Source: Camelus dromedarius (Eukaryota). From it: a stretch of 64,000 nucleotides of DNA. Positions 26,431 to 40,100 of this stretch are shown piece after piece (the stretch's first letter is position 1; each line of letters begins with the position of its first letter). Under the pieces are notes generated by a model, which saw only the letters and a list, made by a program, of their open reading frames with translations, searched no databases and was not told the origin of the DNA. The stretch spans positions 23,066,001-23,130,000 of the forward strand of contig NC_087437.1 of assembly GCF_036321535.1 (NCBI RefSeq), in the 5' to 3' direction. The translations under genes were made by a program, and so were the position numbers.

Positions 26431-27669
26431 AAGAAACTTCACTGTTGGCTAGTTTTCTATGTGGCAGGGATTGTGAGGATGCCTATCTTCCACTGAAGAA
26501 ATAGCAGGTACAAAGGCCCAGGGCCATGGGCAAGTGCTTTGCAAAACGCAAAATTTTTAGTTTTATTGGAGCTTTAAGTTTAGGGAAAAAAAATTACAAA
26601 CATTATTAGGAAGTCCATAGAAAAATCAATGAAAAAAAGTACTGTAAATCAAACATCAGTCTCCAACAGAAACATAATATTTATCCATTTTAGTTTCTTT
26701 TAGATCATCCATACTTGAACATATTTTAGCCCTTTGTTATTTTTTGTAAATGATCAATATATTTAAGTGCAGTGTTTTAAGAAGGCTTTGCCTTTAACTC
26801 ATTATTGCTGTCTTCTCAAAGTAAACTTTTTTTTTTATCATTTATATGTAATTTTCCTCTCTCTCCTTGGGAAGAAGAAATGCTGAGAAAAAATGTTCTA
26901 GGATTTTGGTGTTTCCATCTAATCTTCTTGAGTTTCGGTTCCTTCCTTCCTTTTTCTTTCTTTCTTTTCCTTCCTTCCTTCCTCTCTTAAGAAGTCCAAG
27001 CAGAACCTAAACAGATTCTGTGGCAGTGGGAGGTAGGGCATACATGCAGACAGAAATTATGTGTTGCAGTCTTTGTCATTAATTTTTCATCCTTAGTGTT
27101 GATTTTTTTTTTTTTTTGTAAAACAAATGCAAACACAGTATCCTGCATTCTGACACATGTCCAGATGTTGCCTGCCTAGATTTTTCCATCATGGTTATCA
27201 ATCCTAATTCAAATAAACAACAAAAAATCTCCCAAGCCCACCACTCACTTTTTTTTTTTCTTAGTTAAAACATCATTCTCTTTTTACTCTCTCTTTTCCT
27301 GTTTCCCTTCTGTCAGGTTTCCAGATAGCTGCAGGCAAGAAAAACACCTTCAAAAGTTATTTTGACTTAAATCAGCATCACTTCCAAGGTTTAATCATTA
27401 AAATGTAATTAAAGTGTCATAATACTTTCTTTTAAATTGCTGACTCAGAGTCACATATTTCAATGTAATCTAAGTTTTTCAAAAACATCATGCCTCCCTA
27501 CATCAAACAAACAAAAAAACCCAGTGTTGTTTCAGACTTTTACTAATATAATCAACACACTGTTCTGCAACTCCAAAATATTCACTGAAAGGACTTTAAG
27601 TTCCTTCTTTGTTGAAAGGTTGAATGTGTAAGGGTATTTCCTTTCCAATATTGCAGGTAAGGTACACAG

Positions 27670-28126
27670 ATTCCTGGGAAAACAGCATTAGAGAATGTGA
27701 GAGAATGCTGTTTACAATGACTGGTAGCTTCAAACACCCTGCACTGGAACACCATGTAAATATGCCAAATTGACTGTTGCAGAAATAGACAACTTGTGAA
27801 ATTTTGGACATTTTCCACATCCAATGGTGCCAGACCCTGGAGGGGGTGGGTGTTCTGGTCCAGGAGCAAGTAAACAACTCAATAGAAAAGCTGGTTGTTG
27901 GAAAGACTGACCTCTGAACAATGGTATCTCTGAGTTCTCCGAAGGGTCAGCTTGGGTTTGGGGAATATTTCAGTTCTCCCTGTGATATGTAACCTTGGGT
28001 ACTGATCAAAGTGCTTTGTTTTGGTATCTAAAAGCTTAACCTCTGAGATGGTGCCAGAAGTTTGGCTGTCATGGTATGTGGGGTATATTAGCCGGCATTG
28101 CTGGCTTGAGAAATCCAACCATTATT
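27670..28126 (-). pseudogene. PKD1-family relic exon: PLAT/LH2 domain + TM2 (3' boundary approximate)
   Basis: Acceptor tctctattttag|. ORFs 27879-28118 and 27582-27869 are in the same frame, split by one stop. Motifs SGTISEVKL and LDVENVQNFTSCLF (PLAT i.VEN......LF); hydrophobic LPVIVNSILSHSLMLF in the adjacent frame. Confidence 0.6.
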
Positions 28127-29219
28127 CTAAAATAGAGAATTTGCTTCTTACCATTCTCTCTCCTCGTTCTGGGTAATAAGAATTCTGTGACTAGTTCCTT
28201 TCTAGAAACTATTGTTTTTTTTTTTTCTTTGCTAGTAGACTTGGAAAAGAATTAGGGAGCAGCCCTCTCAGTACTGTGGTGCTTGGAGAGCCCAGGGGAG
28301 GCGATGACTCTGTTGAAATAAAAAAATTACAAAAAAGACTCCATGAAGACCACTAATGTGAGTCCCAAGTAGTCGAGGTGTGGCATAGGTTGAATGTTTG
28401 GGGGTGTCTGACACTTGCTTTTTATGTTTCTCTTTATAAAGAGAAGGCAAGCAGGCTGTGATGTTTCTTGTTTTCTGGAAAAGCATTAGAATCTTGTTAA
28501 TGATGGTAGAGTGAACATGGCAGAAAAAGGAAAAATATAATTTTAAGTATAATGGTGCATGCTGGAAACACAGATTGGCAAGCATATGGGGTTCTGGCAT
28601 CTGGACAGAAGCCTTCATAACCATCTGCTTCTCAGAGGTTATTTTGGCAATTTTTGCAGCAATTCCAGTGAATCACAGATCTGGGCTAAAGATGCTGGCA
28701 AGCAGCTAAAGAGGGCACAGGTACATGGAGGTAGTTACCAGGTCTTCTGTCTGTACATTAGTTTCATTGTTGTGCGTGTTGTCATTTTGAGATGGTCTAT
28801 GTGCCACCATTTCATTGTGATGGCAGCAGATGTTCCTTGGTGCTAATAATTTTTCCCAGTTTTATTCACCCAGTGACACTCAGTTTTTGCTTTCAGAATT
28901 AATTTGGTATATTGCCTCTCCTGGCTGTGGAGATGTGAGGAATATGTGAAGGGACTCAGGTTCTTGTGTGCTTTGTTGCTGGTGCTGAAGTGTGGAGACC
29001 TGACTGGTAACCTCCAACTCTCCTTGACTTTCTCATTCTACCAGTGTTCCCTGGGAATTGTGAGAGTTACAGCATGTTATTTAATAGTTAGTGTGATGTC
29101 ACATAATATTCTAATAAGAACTCACATGCATAGAAAGTCATTTAAGTAGGACCTTTGTGGTTAATCATATAGCAAAATATTAAGTAGCATGGTGCATTAT
29201 AAACTGAATCTCTATATCA

Positions 29220-29832
29220 ATTTTTTATTGGAGTGTAGTTGATTTACAATGTTGTGCTAGTTTCAGGTGTACAGCAAAGTGATTCAGTTACACATATATA
29301 TACACATATATTCTTTTTCAGATTATTTTTCCATTATAGATTATTGTAAGATATTGAACATAGTTCCTTGTGCTATACAGTAGGTCCTTGTTGTTTATCT
29401 ATTTTATATATAATAGGTTGTATCTGTTAATCCGAAATTCCTAATTTATCCCTCTCCCTCTTTTCCCTTTGGTAACTGTAAGTTTGTTTTCTGTGTCTGT
29501 GAATCTGTTTCTGTTTTGTAAATGAGTTCATTTGTATCATTTTTTTTTAGATTGCACATTTAAGTGATATCGTATGATATTTGTCTTTCTGTGTCTCACT
29601 TCTTCACTTAGTATGATAATCTCTAGGTCCATCCATGTTTCTGCAGGTGGCATTATTTCATTCTTTTTTATGGCTGAGTGGTGTTCCATTGCGCATCTTC
29701 TTTATCCATTCTTCTGTTGATAGACATTTAGGTTGCCTCCATATCTTTGTTACTGTAAATAGTGCTGCTATGAACTTTGGGGTGCACGTGTCTTTTCAAA
29801 GTAGAGGTTTCATCTTTTCCAGATATATGCTC
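29220..29832 (-). mobile_element. L1 3' end fragment
   Basis: ttttttattggagtgtagttgatttacaatgttgtg...gtaaatagtgctgctatgaac, homologous to the other L1 3' ends in the window. Confidence 0.9.
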
Positions 29833-30409
29833 AGTCAATATCAATTTTTCATCATAAAAATACAATTTCTTGAGCACTTAATATGTGTCAGATAATAGGA
29901 TAAATGTTTGAAATGTAAGGTTGACAGTATAAGGATGGGAATAGAAAGGCTTGTGGGTGAGAATGAAAAATGTGAGAGTGGAAAACCCTCTGACGGACCC
30001 TTTGGCAGTGTCCCTGAGTGTCTTAAGTGCATGTGCCCTTTGCCTACCCACCCTCTCCTCATTTTTCTTCTAAGACTCCATCTATCCTATAGAAATATTA
30101 CCACATACTCATTAGGCTACTTATGCTAACTGCAAGATTATTTTTAATGGAGAAAAATGGAAAGCAGCTAAATGTCAATCAGTAGAAAAAATGGTTAAAT
30201 AAATCTTGGAAATGCCATACTATGGAATATCATTAGAGCTATTTTTAAAAAGTGAGATTGATCTACAAGGACTGACATGGAAATATGTCCATGATCTATT
30301 TTTAAGTTTAAAAAAAACCTTATTTTGGAAGAACATATACAGCCTATTCCTATTTCTTTGTAAAAACCAATATTTGTTTATTTGAATATATAAATGCATG
30401 GAAGATATG

Positions 30410-30800
30410 TATTATGGACTTAATGTGTTTTCCCAAGATTCATACTTTGAAGACCTAATCTCCAATGTGATGGTATTTGAAGGTGGAGCCTTTGGGAGTT
30501 AATTAGATTTAGATTTAGATGAGGTTATGGGGGTGATCATGATGACATTAGTGTTTTTATAAAAAGAAACCAGAAATCCCCCTTCCCCCAGCCATCCCCC
30601 ACCCTTTTCCATGTGAGGAAACAGTGAGAAGGTGGCCATCTGCAAGCCAGGAAGACAGTTCTCACCAGAAACCAACCGTGCCGGCACCCCAGTCTGACTT
30701 TCCAGCTTTCAGAACTGTGGGAAAAGAGTCTCTGTTGTTTAAGCCTTCCGGTCTGTGGGGTTTTGTTACAGCACCCTGAGACAGTTACAGCAGTGAGACA
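30410..30800 (+). mobile_element. MLT1A/B-like (MaLR) LTR
   Basis: aatctccaatgtgatggtatttgaaggtggagcctttggga...gccatctgcaagccaggaag...ccagctttcagaactgtg...tgtttaagcc. Confidence 0.85.
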
Positions 30801-31248
30801 GTGTGGAAGGGCTGAAAGCTTTTAGCAGAATGTGGAACAGAAAAAGCACTGGGGGGCTGATGTTTCCTCTCTGTCCTCTTTCCTCCTTCCACCTCTGCCG
30901 CCTCCTTTTAACCTCCTTCTCTTTCTCCGAAGATTCACATGCCCAGTACTGAGTACAAGCAAGCAGAACTAAAAGTGCCATTAATCACCAATTTGGCAAA
31001 AATTATTTTTAAAATTGTAAAGCCTAACTTTATCCTTTATGCTTTAAATCATAAAGGCATATGTAACAGGAACTTCCAAACTGCAGTGTTCTCTCTGCTC
31101 TGTCTGTAATAGCAAAGGATTTAGGAAAACCTAAATGTCCCAAAGCAAGAGGACGTTTAAAGGAATTAAGAGACATTTGTACAGTGAAACATGATATGGA
31201 CCCTAAAAACCCATGGACAAACATAAAAATATTTTTTAATGTATCATC

Positions 31249-31410
31249 TTTTTTTTTTAATTTAAAAACTTTTTTTTTCTTTTTTTTTTTTTTGGTGAGG
31301 GGAGGTAATTAGTTTTATTTGTTTATTTTTTTAAAGGAGGTACTGGAGATTGAATCCAGGACCGCATGCATGCTAAGCATGCACTTTACCACTTGAGCTA
31401 TACCCTCCCC
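31249..31410 (-). mobile_element. Vic-1-type tRNA-derived SINE (camelid)
   Basis: Minus strand GGGGAGGGTATAGCTCAAGTGGTAAAGTGCATGCTTAGCATGCATGCGGTCCTGGATTCAATCTCCAGTACCTCC with A/B boxes and an A-rich tail. Confidence 0.85.
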
Positions 31411-32419
31411 TCTAAAGATGTATTAAATAATCAAAAGCATTTTTCGAAACTGTGATATCAATTTTAAAAATAAAATTAAAAGTTTTTATTTTTGCATTGT
31501 ATTAATTTATATTTTATTTCTGGAAGGATTAACCTAAGGTTGTGAATCACAGTGGTCAACTTTGGGTTGGGAGCTCTTGGTGACTTTTATTTTTATACTT
31601 ATATGTGTTTCTCAAACATTTGTACAAGAAACTTTTTTTTTCTTTAAAATATATGAAAAAAGTGTGGAAGGTGATTGTGAATTTGAAAAACAGTGTTGAA
31701 CTTTAGAATAAACGGGTTTTATCAGAATTACGCTTTATTGGGCAGAGGAAGGCTTAACCCCACAGATATGCAGAAAGCTGCGCTCACGAATCCTCTTCCC
31801 AGGAGCGACGGTAGAACCGTCAGGCGCAAGAGGCTCATTCCGCCACAAGCAGCTGTTCCATCTGAGCACAAGCCTCCGGGGCTTCACATCACGCTCAGGA
31901 AACTTGTATAAAGACAGCAAATCTGACAGGAGAAGTAAAGGAATGCTCTCCATCAGTGAGACAGTTTTAAATGTCTGCTTTTCCAAAGAGGTTGATGAGA
32001 AATAATAGTCTCTCTACTCATTTCATTTTTCTCTAAAGAGGCCAAGATAGAATGAAATGTGATGTTCTAGAAGAATAGAAGGGGCAGCGGGCGGAATACA
32101 CTCACTGTGCCCTGGATGGGCAGGGGAGAGGACGTCCCTCTCTCAGTGGGGAGAGCTCTCCTGTTTCTCTCCAAGGGCGTCCGTGGAACCAGTATGCGCT
32201 CAGACATTCATGAAATGGCTGTGGGTGAATTCAGTGAGACATCTGGAAAGTTTGCAAATTTGATACTTCACTGAAAGGCAGGAAGAAAATTTCCATATTA
32301 AATTGAATTTTAACATTTCTGACAGTAAGAAAGGAACCAAGGATCAATGACAACTGAATTTGAAGGGATTTCTTTTAAAGAAATAGTAGTGGAAAAGTTG
32401 AATTTGTAATAAAATTTAA

Positions 32420-32427
32420 TATATATA

Positions 32428-32463
<36 letters not shown>
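32420..32463. repeat. Compound (TA)n(TG)n(TA)n microsatellite
   Basis: Direct reading. Confidence 0.95.
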
Positions 32464-33142
32464 GCAAAGCTATTTACAGGCAGAAATAAAATTTCTTTTC
32501 CTTTGGCCTTTATGTACCTTGTGTGAGTGTGTGATGTTCTTTGAGAAAGAAAAAGCATAATGAGTACCTGCTATTTTATAATCCTATAGAAATCTAAAAT
32601 GGCATAAAATGAAAGATTGGCTCATTGGTTCACTGTGGAAGAAGTTCAGACTTTGGAGCTCTCGAGAGACATCTTTATTTGAGATGACACATCGGATAGA
32701 TGTATCTGCAATATACAAACCTCTCATTTGTGAAAAGATTCATCACACAAGGATCAGATCCTGTTGTGAGGACCAGTGTTTACTCAGTGTAGGAACAAGT
32801 GGAGGCATTTTATTTTCTATCTTGATCATGGTAATTAACTTCTGGTCTGTTGTCAAGTCCAGGTCCGGGTTGCGTTATGATCCAGGACCCAGCAAGACTG
32901 ACACATAAATTTATCCTTGGGATAAGCAATTCAAATAGCAAAGGGACACAGCAGTAAGAATGGTGCTAGAGAAATCCAAATCTTGCCAAGAGCAGTGTTT
33001 TCCTCAACTAAAGGAAGGACCCAGAGCAGCAGCTCAAAGAACTCTACAGATCGGGAGGAGAGGGAATGGGGCAGCTTAGCAGGCAGTGATCACAGTTGAT
33101 GCCATGATGTTTAAATAGCCTCCATAACTATTAAAACGGCAC

Positions 33143-33333
33143 CTCATTCAGAAACCCAGAGAGATACAGGCTTGAAGGCCAGGAAACTGCAAAGCTGTGA
33201 TAAAGCTTTCACTACCAATGACTGCTCTGCTTTAGCCAAAAGGCTGAGAGTGCATCAGCATTTCAATTAATGTACTAAATTGGCTAATGTGCTTTCCAAA
33301 TAATAAGATGGCTTTTGAAGAAGACAGAACAAC
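33143..33333 (-). pseudogene. PKD1-family relic exon: GPS cleavage motif + TM1
   Basis: Acceptor aaaacttgtag|, donor GAG|GTGCCG. VVLSSSKAILLFGKHISQFSTLIEMLMHSQPFG*SRAVIGSESFITALQFPGLQACISLGF*M: an H-I-S-x-F GPS-type motif, then a hydrophobic segment ending LGF*, where the TGA sits at the family's conserved W. Confidence 0.65.
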
Positions 33334-33619
33334 CTACAAGTTTTCTTCTTAAAATTCCTAGTTTTAACCAATTTCAGATATAGGGAATAGAGATAACAGC
33401 CCACATTAAATTTTCCTTAATATTATTCTAACTTAGGGCATTCTTTTGTTTTGCACACTTGCTATAGGAAACAACTATGTTGGCCACTGATCTGTTATAA
33501 TAAGGGGCAAATGTATTTAAAGTGGACAATATTTTAGTTTATATAGAATTATGCTCACATTCAAGATGACTAAATATTAATCAGACTCTTATATATCCCA
33601 TGAAATGCGAGAGGGAAAA

Positions 33620-33863
33620 TAATAATTTTAAATGGAATTCTTAGCTTCTACTGTGATGTCACTTATCAAAGACATCAGTGTTATAAAAGAATTGCATATT
33701 AAAATGGTATTTTGCCCCTGAAGGAAAGCAGGCCAGTTTCAAAAGCTTTGTAAATGTTTTAATTCTGCTAAAAATTCTTTGAGCCCTCAAGGAGAAAGAA
33801 GTTACAAAAAAGACAAAGTATTTTTGATAACCATAGTCCATTTAAGGTCTTATTAAAGTATAC
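33620..33863 (-). pseudogene. PKD1-family relic exon preceding GPS (3' boundary approximate)
   Basis: Acceptor tactaaccag|; ...GAKYHFNMQFF and, in another frame, CL**VTSQ*K, possibly a decayed C.yW.....W first half of the GPS. Confidence 0.35.
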
Positions 33864-34547
33864 CTGGTTAGTAATTAAACATGAACATATTAAGTTTGGT
33901 TAACTGCATGAGTTTTTGATATAGTCTAAAGACTTTTCCCTTTGGTTGCACAAACTGTGTTTGATAGAGGAGGAGAATTTTCTGCCACAATATATTTCTG
34001 TCACTGAGACATAAGTGGATGTTTTCAAGGGTTGACTTGAAAATATGTTAATTCTCCAAGCTCTTGGATTTCAGGGAAGTCTGTAATTGCCAAGAGAAGA
34101 ACAAAGAAAATATGAGATTTTCTACACTCTTAAAAACTCAAAGCTGTTTAATTCATGTTTTATCGTTCAGATAAAGCCAGGAACTCCGTATCCTCTGATG
34201 GAATGTTTTCACAGATAGGTGATTAGTTTTTTGGAAAGCCTCACCAGATGCCGTGTTTCATATGTGTTTCAACATGTGGTTAAACTAATAAAGGGAGTTA
34301 AGTTCAGATGAGGTAAAGTTTCTTGTTACTTTTTTAATTTAAATGCAGTGCACTCTCCCTTTACATTTTGAACAATCTGAAATGATCTGAAATGTTCTAG
34401 GAGGTGAAGATTATTGTGTTTTTGAAATACACCTTTTTAATTTGAAATGCATAGACTGCGTAATAATAATATCCAATTGGAAGAGCTTCTTGACATTGAC
34501 CTATACGGCTTTGTAGTGAATAGTGGGTGAAATAATACCTGGAAGAC

Positions 34548-35010
34548 TGTCAGTCTGTGTTTTCATTATCAGCAGAAACAGACTTTGAGATGGAGAATTA
34601 GGCACAGGAAGTTTAATGGGGAGGGTGCTCCGGAACAACCCCCGTGGGGCATGAAGGAAGCAGGATTGTCAGCAGGAGAAGATGGAAAGCTTTCAGGCAC
34701 CCTAGTAGTATCCTCTGCTTCTCTCCATTTCATGGATTTGTTTTAGTCTTTGCATCTTTTTTATTCTCCTTTCCCAAGATCTGGTTTATCTCCTTCTCCA
34801 AGCACAGGGCAAGAGGAAGATGACTGACTGGTCCCCTTCTCTTCAGTTTACATCCCTTCTGTACAAATTCCCAGAGAAGAGAGAATCTGATCGGCCCACC
34901 ATCATCTGTAGCGAGAGCTGCACGGTCACGTGTTTTAAACACGGCTACTGAAGTCCTTCCCTGGTGGATGGAGTTAGTTCTCAGAAGAAGGGGCTTATCA
35001 TAGGCTGAGC
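34548..35010. mobile_element. Old ERVL/MaLR-type LTR
   Basis: cagactttgagatggagaatt...aggaagtttaatgggga...gaaggaagcaggatt motif typical of old MLT/LTR16-class elements. Confidence 0.55.
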
Positions 35011-36953
35011 CGACAGCACAAAATCACCTACTGAAGCTGTTCTGTTCAGGTCTCCTTAGTCTCTCTGTGCATCTCTGAACACTGTAGGACATTCCTGATC
35101 GAGAGTTTCCTTAATATTTTTCAGGTTTACTAATATGGATGCCGAAAGCTAGATGTAAATGTGAATCCCGCTGGATGTAAATAATATTTTAATCACTTTC
35201 ATCGTGTGTAGCCATGTCACATGCCACAGTAGAAAATAAGTTGTTCGAGTTATTTTATAGAGATACTCAAAATGGATTCTCTCTTCTAAGGGAAAGAAAA
35301 ATACACTGGAGTTCATCTGTGTCATGTTTAGAGCAGTACATTTAGCAGATACCAGGGAGAATGTTCTTCACAATTCTTGACAGCCAAGTGTTCGCCCTGA
35401 AAACGAGATCTTTCTGAATAAACCAGGAAACCTTTAGATAAGGTTTTCTTTACTAATTATCCTTTCTCTCTCTCTTTAAGCTCCTCCCCTTTGCTGCAAT
35501 CAGCAGTGGATTTAAGTGAAAACAGGAAAAGCTGTAAGCTGGGCTCACAGATTGCAGTGTGTTGCTATCTTCTTTCTGATTTTTCCCTTTGGCATAACAT
35601 TTCCTCATACCTTATCTTAGCTGCCAGTCTTTATCCCGATAGTAAAAGTAAGATACTAAACGTGATTGTGGGTACTTTCTTCTTTCAAAAGACAGTAAAA
35701 TCCTCTGACTCTGACAAATAAACCAAAGCCCTTATGGGTTAGCTGGCCAGTTCCTTGGGTTCTCGAATGCCCCATCCCTGTGTGTGGGCAGGATCAGTGC
35801 AGCTGCCAGTAAAAGGAAAGTGAATTTGTCTCTGGGAGAGCACAAGGACAACTTTTCTGTGATAATTGCCTTCTGTTCTCTTCCTACCTCACATCTTTCT
35901 AAAAGAAAATGTTATCAGGCCAAACCTTGGGCTTGGAGCCTCAGCTGAGGCCTAACAAGAATTGCGTTGTGCTTACTAACGTGGTGAACATGGTTTGTGG
36001 ACTAGAGAGCATTTGTAATATTTACTGGGTAGCGAGGGCAGACAGCACATCATCCTGCAGCACAGCGGAGAGGGAGGGAGGTTGAAAGTTGGATAAGTGG
36101 AATCCTCTGACTGCCTAAGGTGAGGTGACAGGTGACCTTCCTTGCACAAAATGTGTTTCTTATTGAAGGGAGGAGAGAAAGAAAATGCAATAGAGAAAAG
36201 AGACACTGCTACTGGAACGGCCACAGCGCCGTGTCTGTTTTCTCCCTACTGGGGGCCCGAGTGAGGAATCCAGTTGCAAGACGGAACAAGTGGGAACAAG
36301 CGTTGATTTTTCTCGCTCAGAAAACAGCCTCCCACTTTCATGGTCATGATATATCATTGAGATTTTAAAGTGGAACTAAACGGTTACAGGAAGGTGAAAC
36401 TAGGAAAAGCAGTGTTAGAATACTACCTTGAGACCCTTCTGGTGCTGGTAGCAGCCCACTTTACATGAGTAATAACACATTATTTCCTTTTGTGAGAGTT
36501 TTATTTTCAGTGCAAGATCACTGTCTTCATCTTGACTTTCTGACTTAGGCAGTAACTGAGTTTTAATATACCAAGTTACACCAACTTACAAACTTCTATT
36601 CCTTCTCCATTTTGTGCTTGATTATTTTGTCAGTCATTTCTGTCATTTCTAATTACATGCCTTTTTTGTTTCATGAAAAATGTCTCTTATTTTCTTCATG
36701 GATTTTATTTTTGTCAAAATACTTGAATATGGATTTTGCGAAATCTCAGTAACTTACGCCTGGGCTTCAGCTGTGTACCTTTTCATCCCTCTGTACTTTA
36801 TTCAATTTCCCCCTTTAGTCAGTCTCTAAACTTGATTATTAATATTCTTTTTTTATGTTTACCTTAAATTAAAAACAGTAACATTTCCTGGTATAATTTA
36901 AGACAATAAAATCACCATTAAATATCAATTACGTGAATGGATTTCACTCTTAC

Positions 36954-37178
36954 CTGGTAAGAAGGAGTTATAGTTTTTCCTTGGAGATTTTACCTAAGGA
37001 TCTTAGCTTAGTTACCAATACTTCATTATCATCATTTATTGACATTTTCCCATTTTTTTTCTTACAGTTCATCTCAGATTGATCTTGAGAACTTGTCATA
37101 TAATTTATGGTTAGAGAAACTGAGGCATATTCATAATTAGTAAGGATTCTCAAGTTTTTCATAAAACTGCTACTACAA
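36954..37178 (-). pseudogene. PKD1-family relic exon: GAIN-B region
   Basis: Acceptor ttttgcag| and strong donor CAG|GTAAGA; long open frame KNLRILTNYEYASVSLTINY...; position fits between the GAIN and GPS exons. Motif match is weak. Confidence 0.45.
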
Positions 37179-40100
37179 CTGCAAAACTAACATGGCTCTT
37201 CTGTGTCCATTCTGTTGTGGCCAAACTTACCTTGTGACTACAAGAAACACCAATGAGTACCCTCAACTTTTGGATTGCTTTCAGTCAATCACTATTGTGA
37301 ACAAGATTGCCCTTGTTTGCTATTTCTGTAGTACAATTTTAGAAAGTGTATATATATATATACATATATAGTATTACGTATCTCCTTCAATTCTCTATAT
37401 TAGTATCATTTCAGAATTTTAAAAATGCTTTCAGTAATCTCTTATTTTTAACTTACTGAATTAAAAAATCTCAGGTGTCTGCAACTACTTTGTGAGAAAA
37501 GCCATCACACATGCAAAGTGTGGCTTTCCCGTATACCGCTCACAACCCTCTGACCTGTCTATGAGCTTTGGTTATTGTTTTGCAAACTGGGATGTAGGGA
37601 GAAATGCTGCACCTGTGATTCTCTCAGGTAAGCTGGTTGGTAAAAATCCCAGGAGCAAAGGAACCTGGGCAGTCAGAAAGCAGGCAGCCCCTTCCAGCTG
37701 CTTCAGTTGTGAATCCCATTCCTTCGCCCTCACACTGACTTAAAATCAATGAATCTGCTGCTAGCTCATTCTGGTAGTGCATACATCTTAAGGTTTCTGT
37801 CTCCTGTAACACAGAAGCCCTATAAAGCTAAAAAACCATTTCCTCCAGGGAGGCCTGGAAAAGGAGGCCCAATCGAGGAGGCCTAATATAAAACGCTGGA
37901 GTCCCGGCTTGTTGATTTCCAGACTGCTCTATGAATTTCTCCTTTAATATCCACCTGCCTCAGAAGGGGCTTGCACAAGTGGAATTTTGATGAGCTCTGC
38001 CCACTTCAGATTCCGCTGTGGGGGAAGAGCCCAGAGCAGTTGTGCTGAGATGGTCTGTGGCTATAGATTGTACCTGTGTTATCAGTCGTATCGGCATCCT
38101 TTATTCCATTCCTGCTTTTCCCAGAGAGCCTGGCTGTTCTGAGTGGCTTGCTTTATCATAAATATTTTGTTTCCATGTGGGATTTTTGTTTGTGGCAATA
38201 TTCCCTTTTGGTATAGGAAACCAGATCAAGACAAAGAGACCCATGTATTCTATGAGGAATGTTTTAGAAAAGATAACATGTGTGTATGTTCTTCCCTAGA
38301 AGAGCCAATCAAATGTTGGATTTTGAGGTTTTGTTTTGTTTTTTTTTTTTTTTTGTCATTTCCATATCCTCTAGGATTATGCTTATTATATTTTAAGCTT
38401 TTTTGTATTTTAGTTACTTCTGTATTTTAAGGTTTTTGAGGGGCATAACATTGCACTATTAGCAATGATTGAAAACTTCAGATGGTAAATGAAATTTTGT
38501 TGATTTCTTTCAAAACGTTGAATTTATTTTTCACAGATTCATCCACATTTCTGATTCACAATTGATAATATTTCTTGGTTAGCCATGATGTTATGGATAT
38601 ATTTTAATATGAATTTATTTAAATATCTAGCTAACACTATATATATTCATTCCAACAGTTTTGAATGGCTTCAATCAGCCATCTTAGCCTAGTTTCTTCT
38701 CTTGTAATAATTCTGTGTCGTTCAGAGATATGGAAGATTGTGGTTGTAAGTAGCTTCTGCTTATACGGTCTATTTTGAGGCTTCAGATCTATTTTGATTA
38801 ATCTTCATATTAAAGTTTCTATTACTACAATAATGGAAATATATTTCAATACAAAAAAATTACTGTTGAACTAAACAGAGCTGTTCTTCCTTCAAATCAG
38901 AGTGATTTCTAATTTTAGGATTTAAGAAACACTTCAAACCCTCAAGCAGCATTTTATAATACAGCAACAAAGATTTAACAAACTAAATCTCTTCTTCGTT
39001 AGCAATCAATGAAAATATTATCACTGATAAATGCCCAGAATTATTAGCTATGGGAGAAAAAACTTATGACAGGCTGCAGTAATTTCATAGATCAGTCAAG
39101 ACCATCTCTCTTGTAAATGATTTTCTTCTTTGAGGTTGAGTGATGAGACAGTTTTGCCTTTTATTTTATCCTGATGTAGCAGAGTGACATGAGATTCTGT
39201 GGAGGCAGTTTGAAGTTGCACTGATACTGTGCAAGTGGACTGGCTCCCAGGATGGTTCTGGTAACGAGACTTAGAAGAGATTAAAATGAATACACCCCTA
39301 CAACTCTTGAGCTTATGCTGTCAGCCTCTCTACTGCTTTGTTCAGAGATCCAGTTCATTCTAGAGTCCAAATATTTTGTTGAGAGACAAGATTATTTTGG
39401 CTTTTTTTGCTATGAATCTTCACAAATCCAGTCCAGGTGGAACTACTTAGAAATGAAGTAAGGAAACGCAGCAGCTTAACAGCCTTCGGGTTTCCTGCCA
39501 GAAATAACTGACTAAGGCAAAGAAAAGATGATTAAGCAGAAAGAAATGCCTCAATTAGTGGAGGTCTTAATTGAAGCTGTGGTGATTATTAACTATATTA
39601 TCTCAAAAGTGGATAATTTCTATTTTTGAGGTGCTAGAACTTGCTGTGTGATTTCCTCTGTTCGATGAGGTCCATTAAGATGATCAGCAGCTTCTGTCTT
39701 GACACAAAACAACTTCAAGAGAAGGCAAGTAGAGAAGGAGAAAATAAAATGATAGGCCTTGGATGCTGAAGGGACCACTCAGTCACGGTCAGGCAAAGTC
39801 GGTACAGGTGAGCCTTCACTGGGGGCACAGGGTGTACTGATGGGGTTCTGGCACGGAGAGCAGAAACCGGAAGGGGGGCCTCAGCATGGCTGGAGAGTGG
39901 CTGGTTTCAGCCTTATGGAAAAAAAGATGGCTCTTTGCAAAATGGAAAAAGGAAATATGCAGTCACAGTAGAGGGATCTGAACTCAAAGAATTGGAGAAT
40001 ATGATGAATGATGATCACACATAAATGGAAACCCAAAGGGCTAATTAGCCCCAGATTGATGAGAGCTGGTCCCTTTCAGCTCGAAAATTCTGACAAAATA

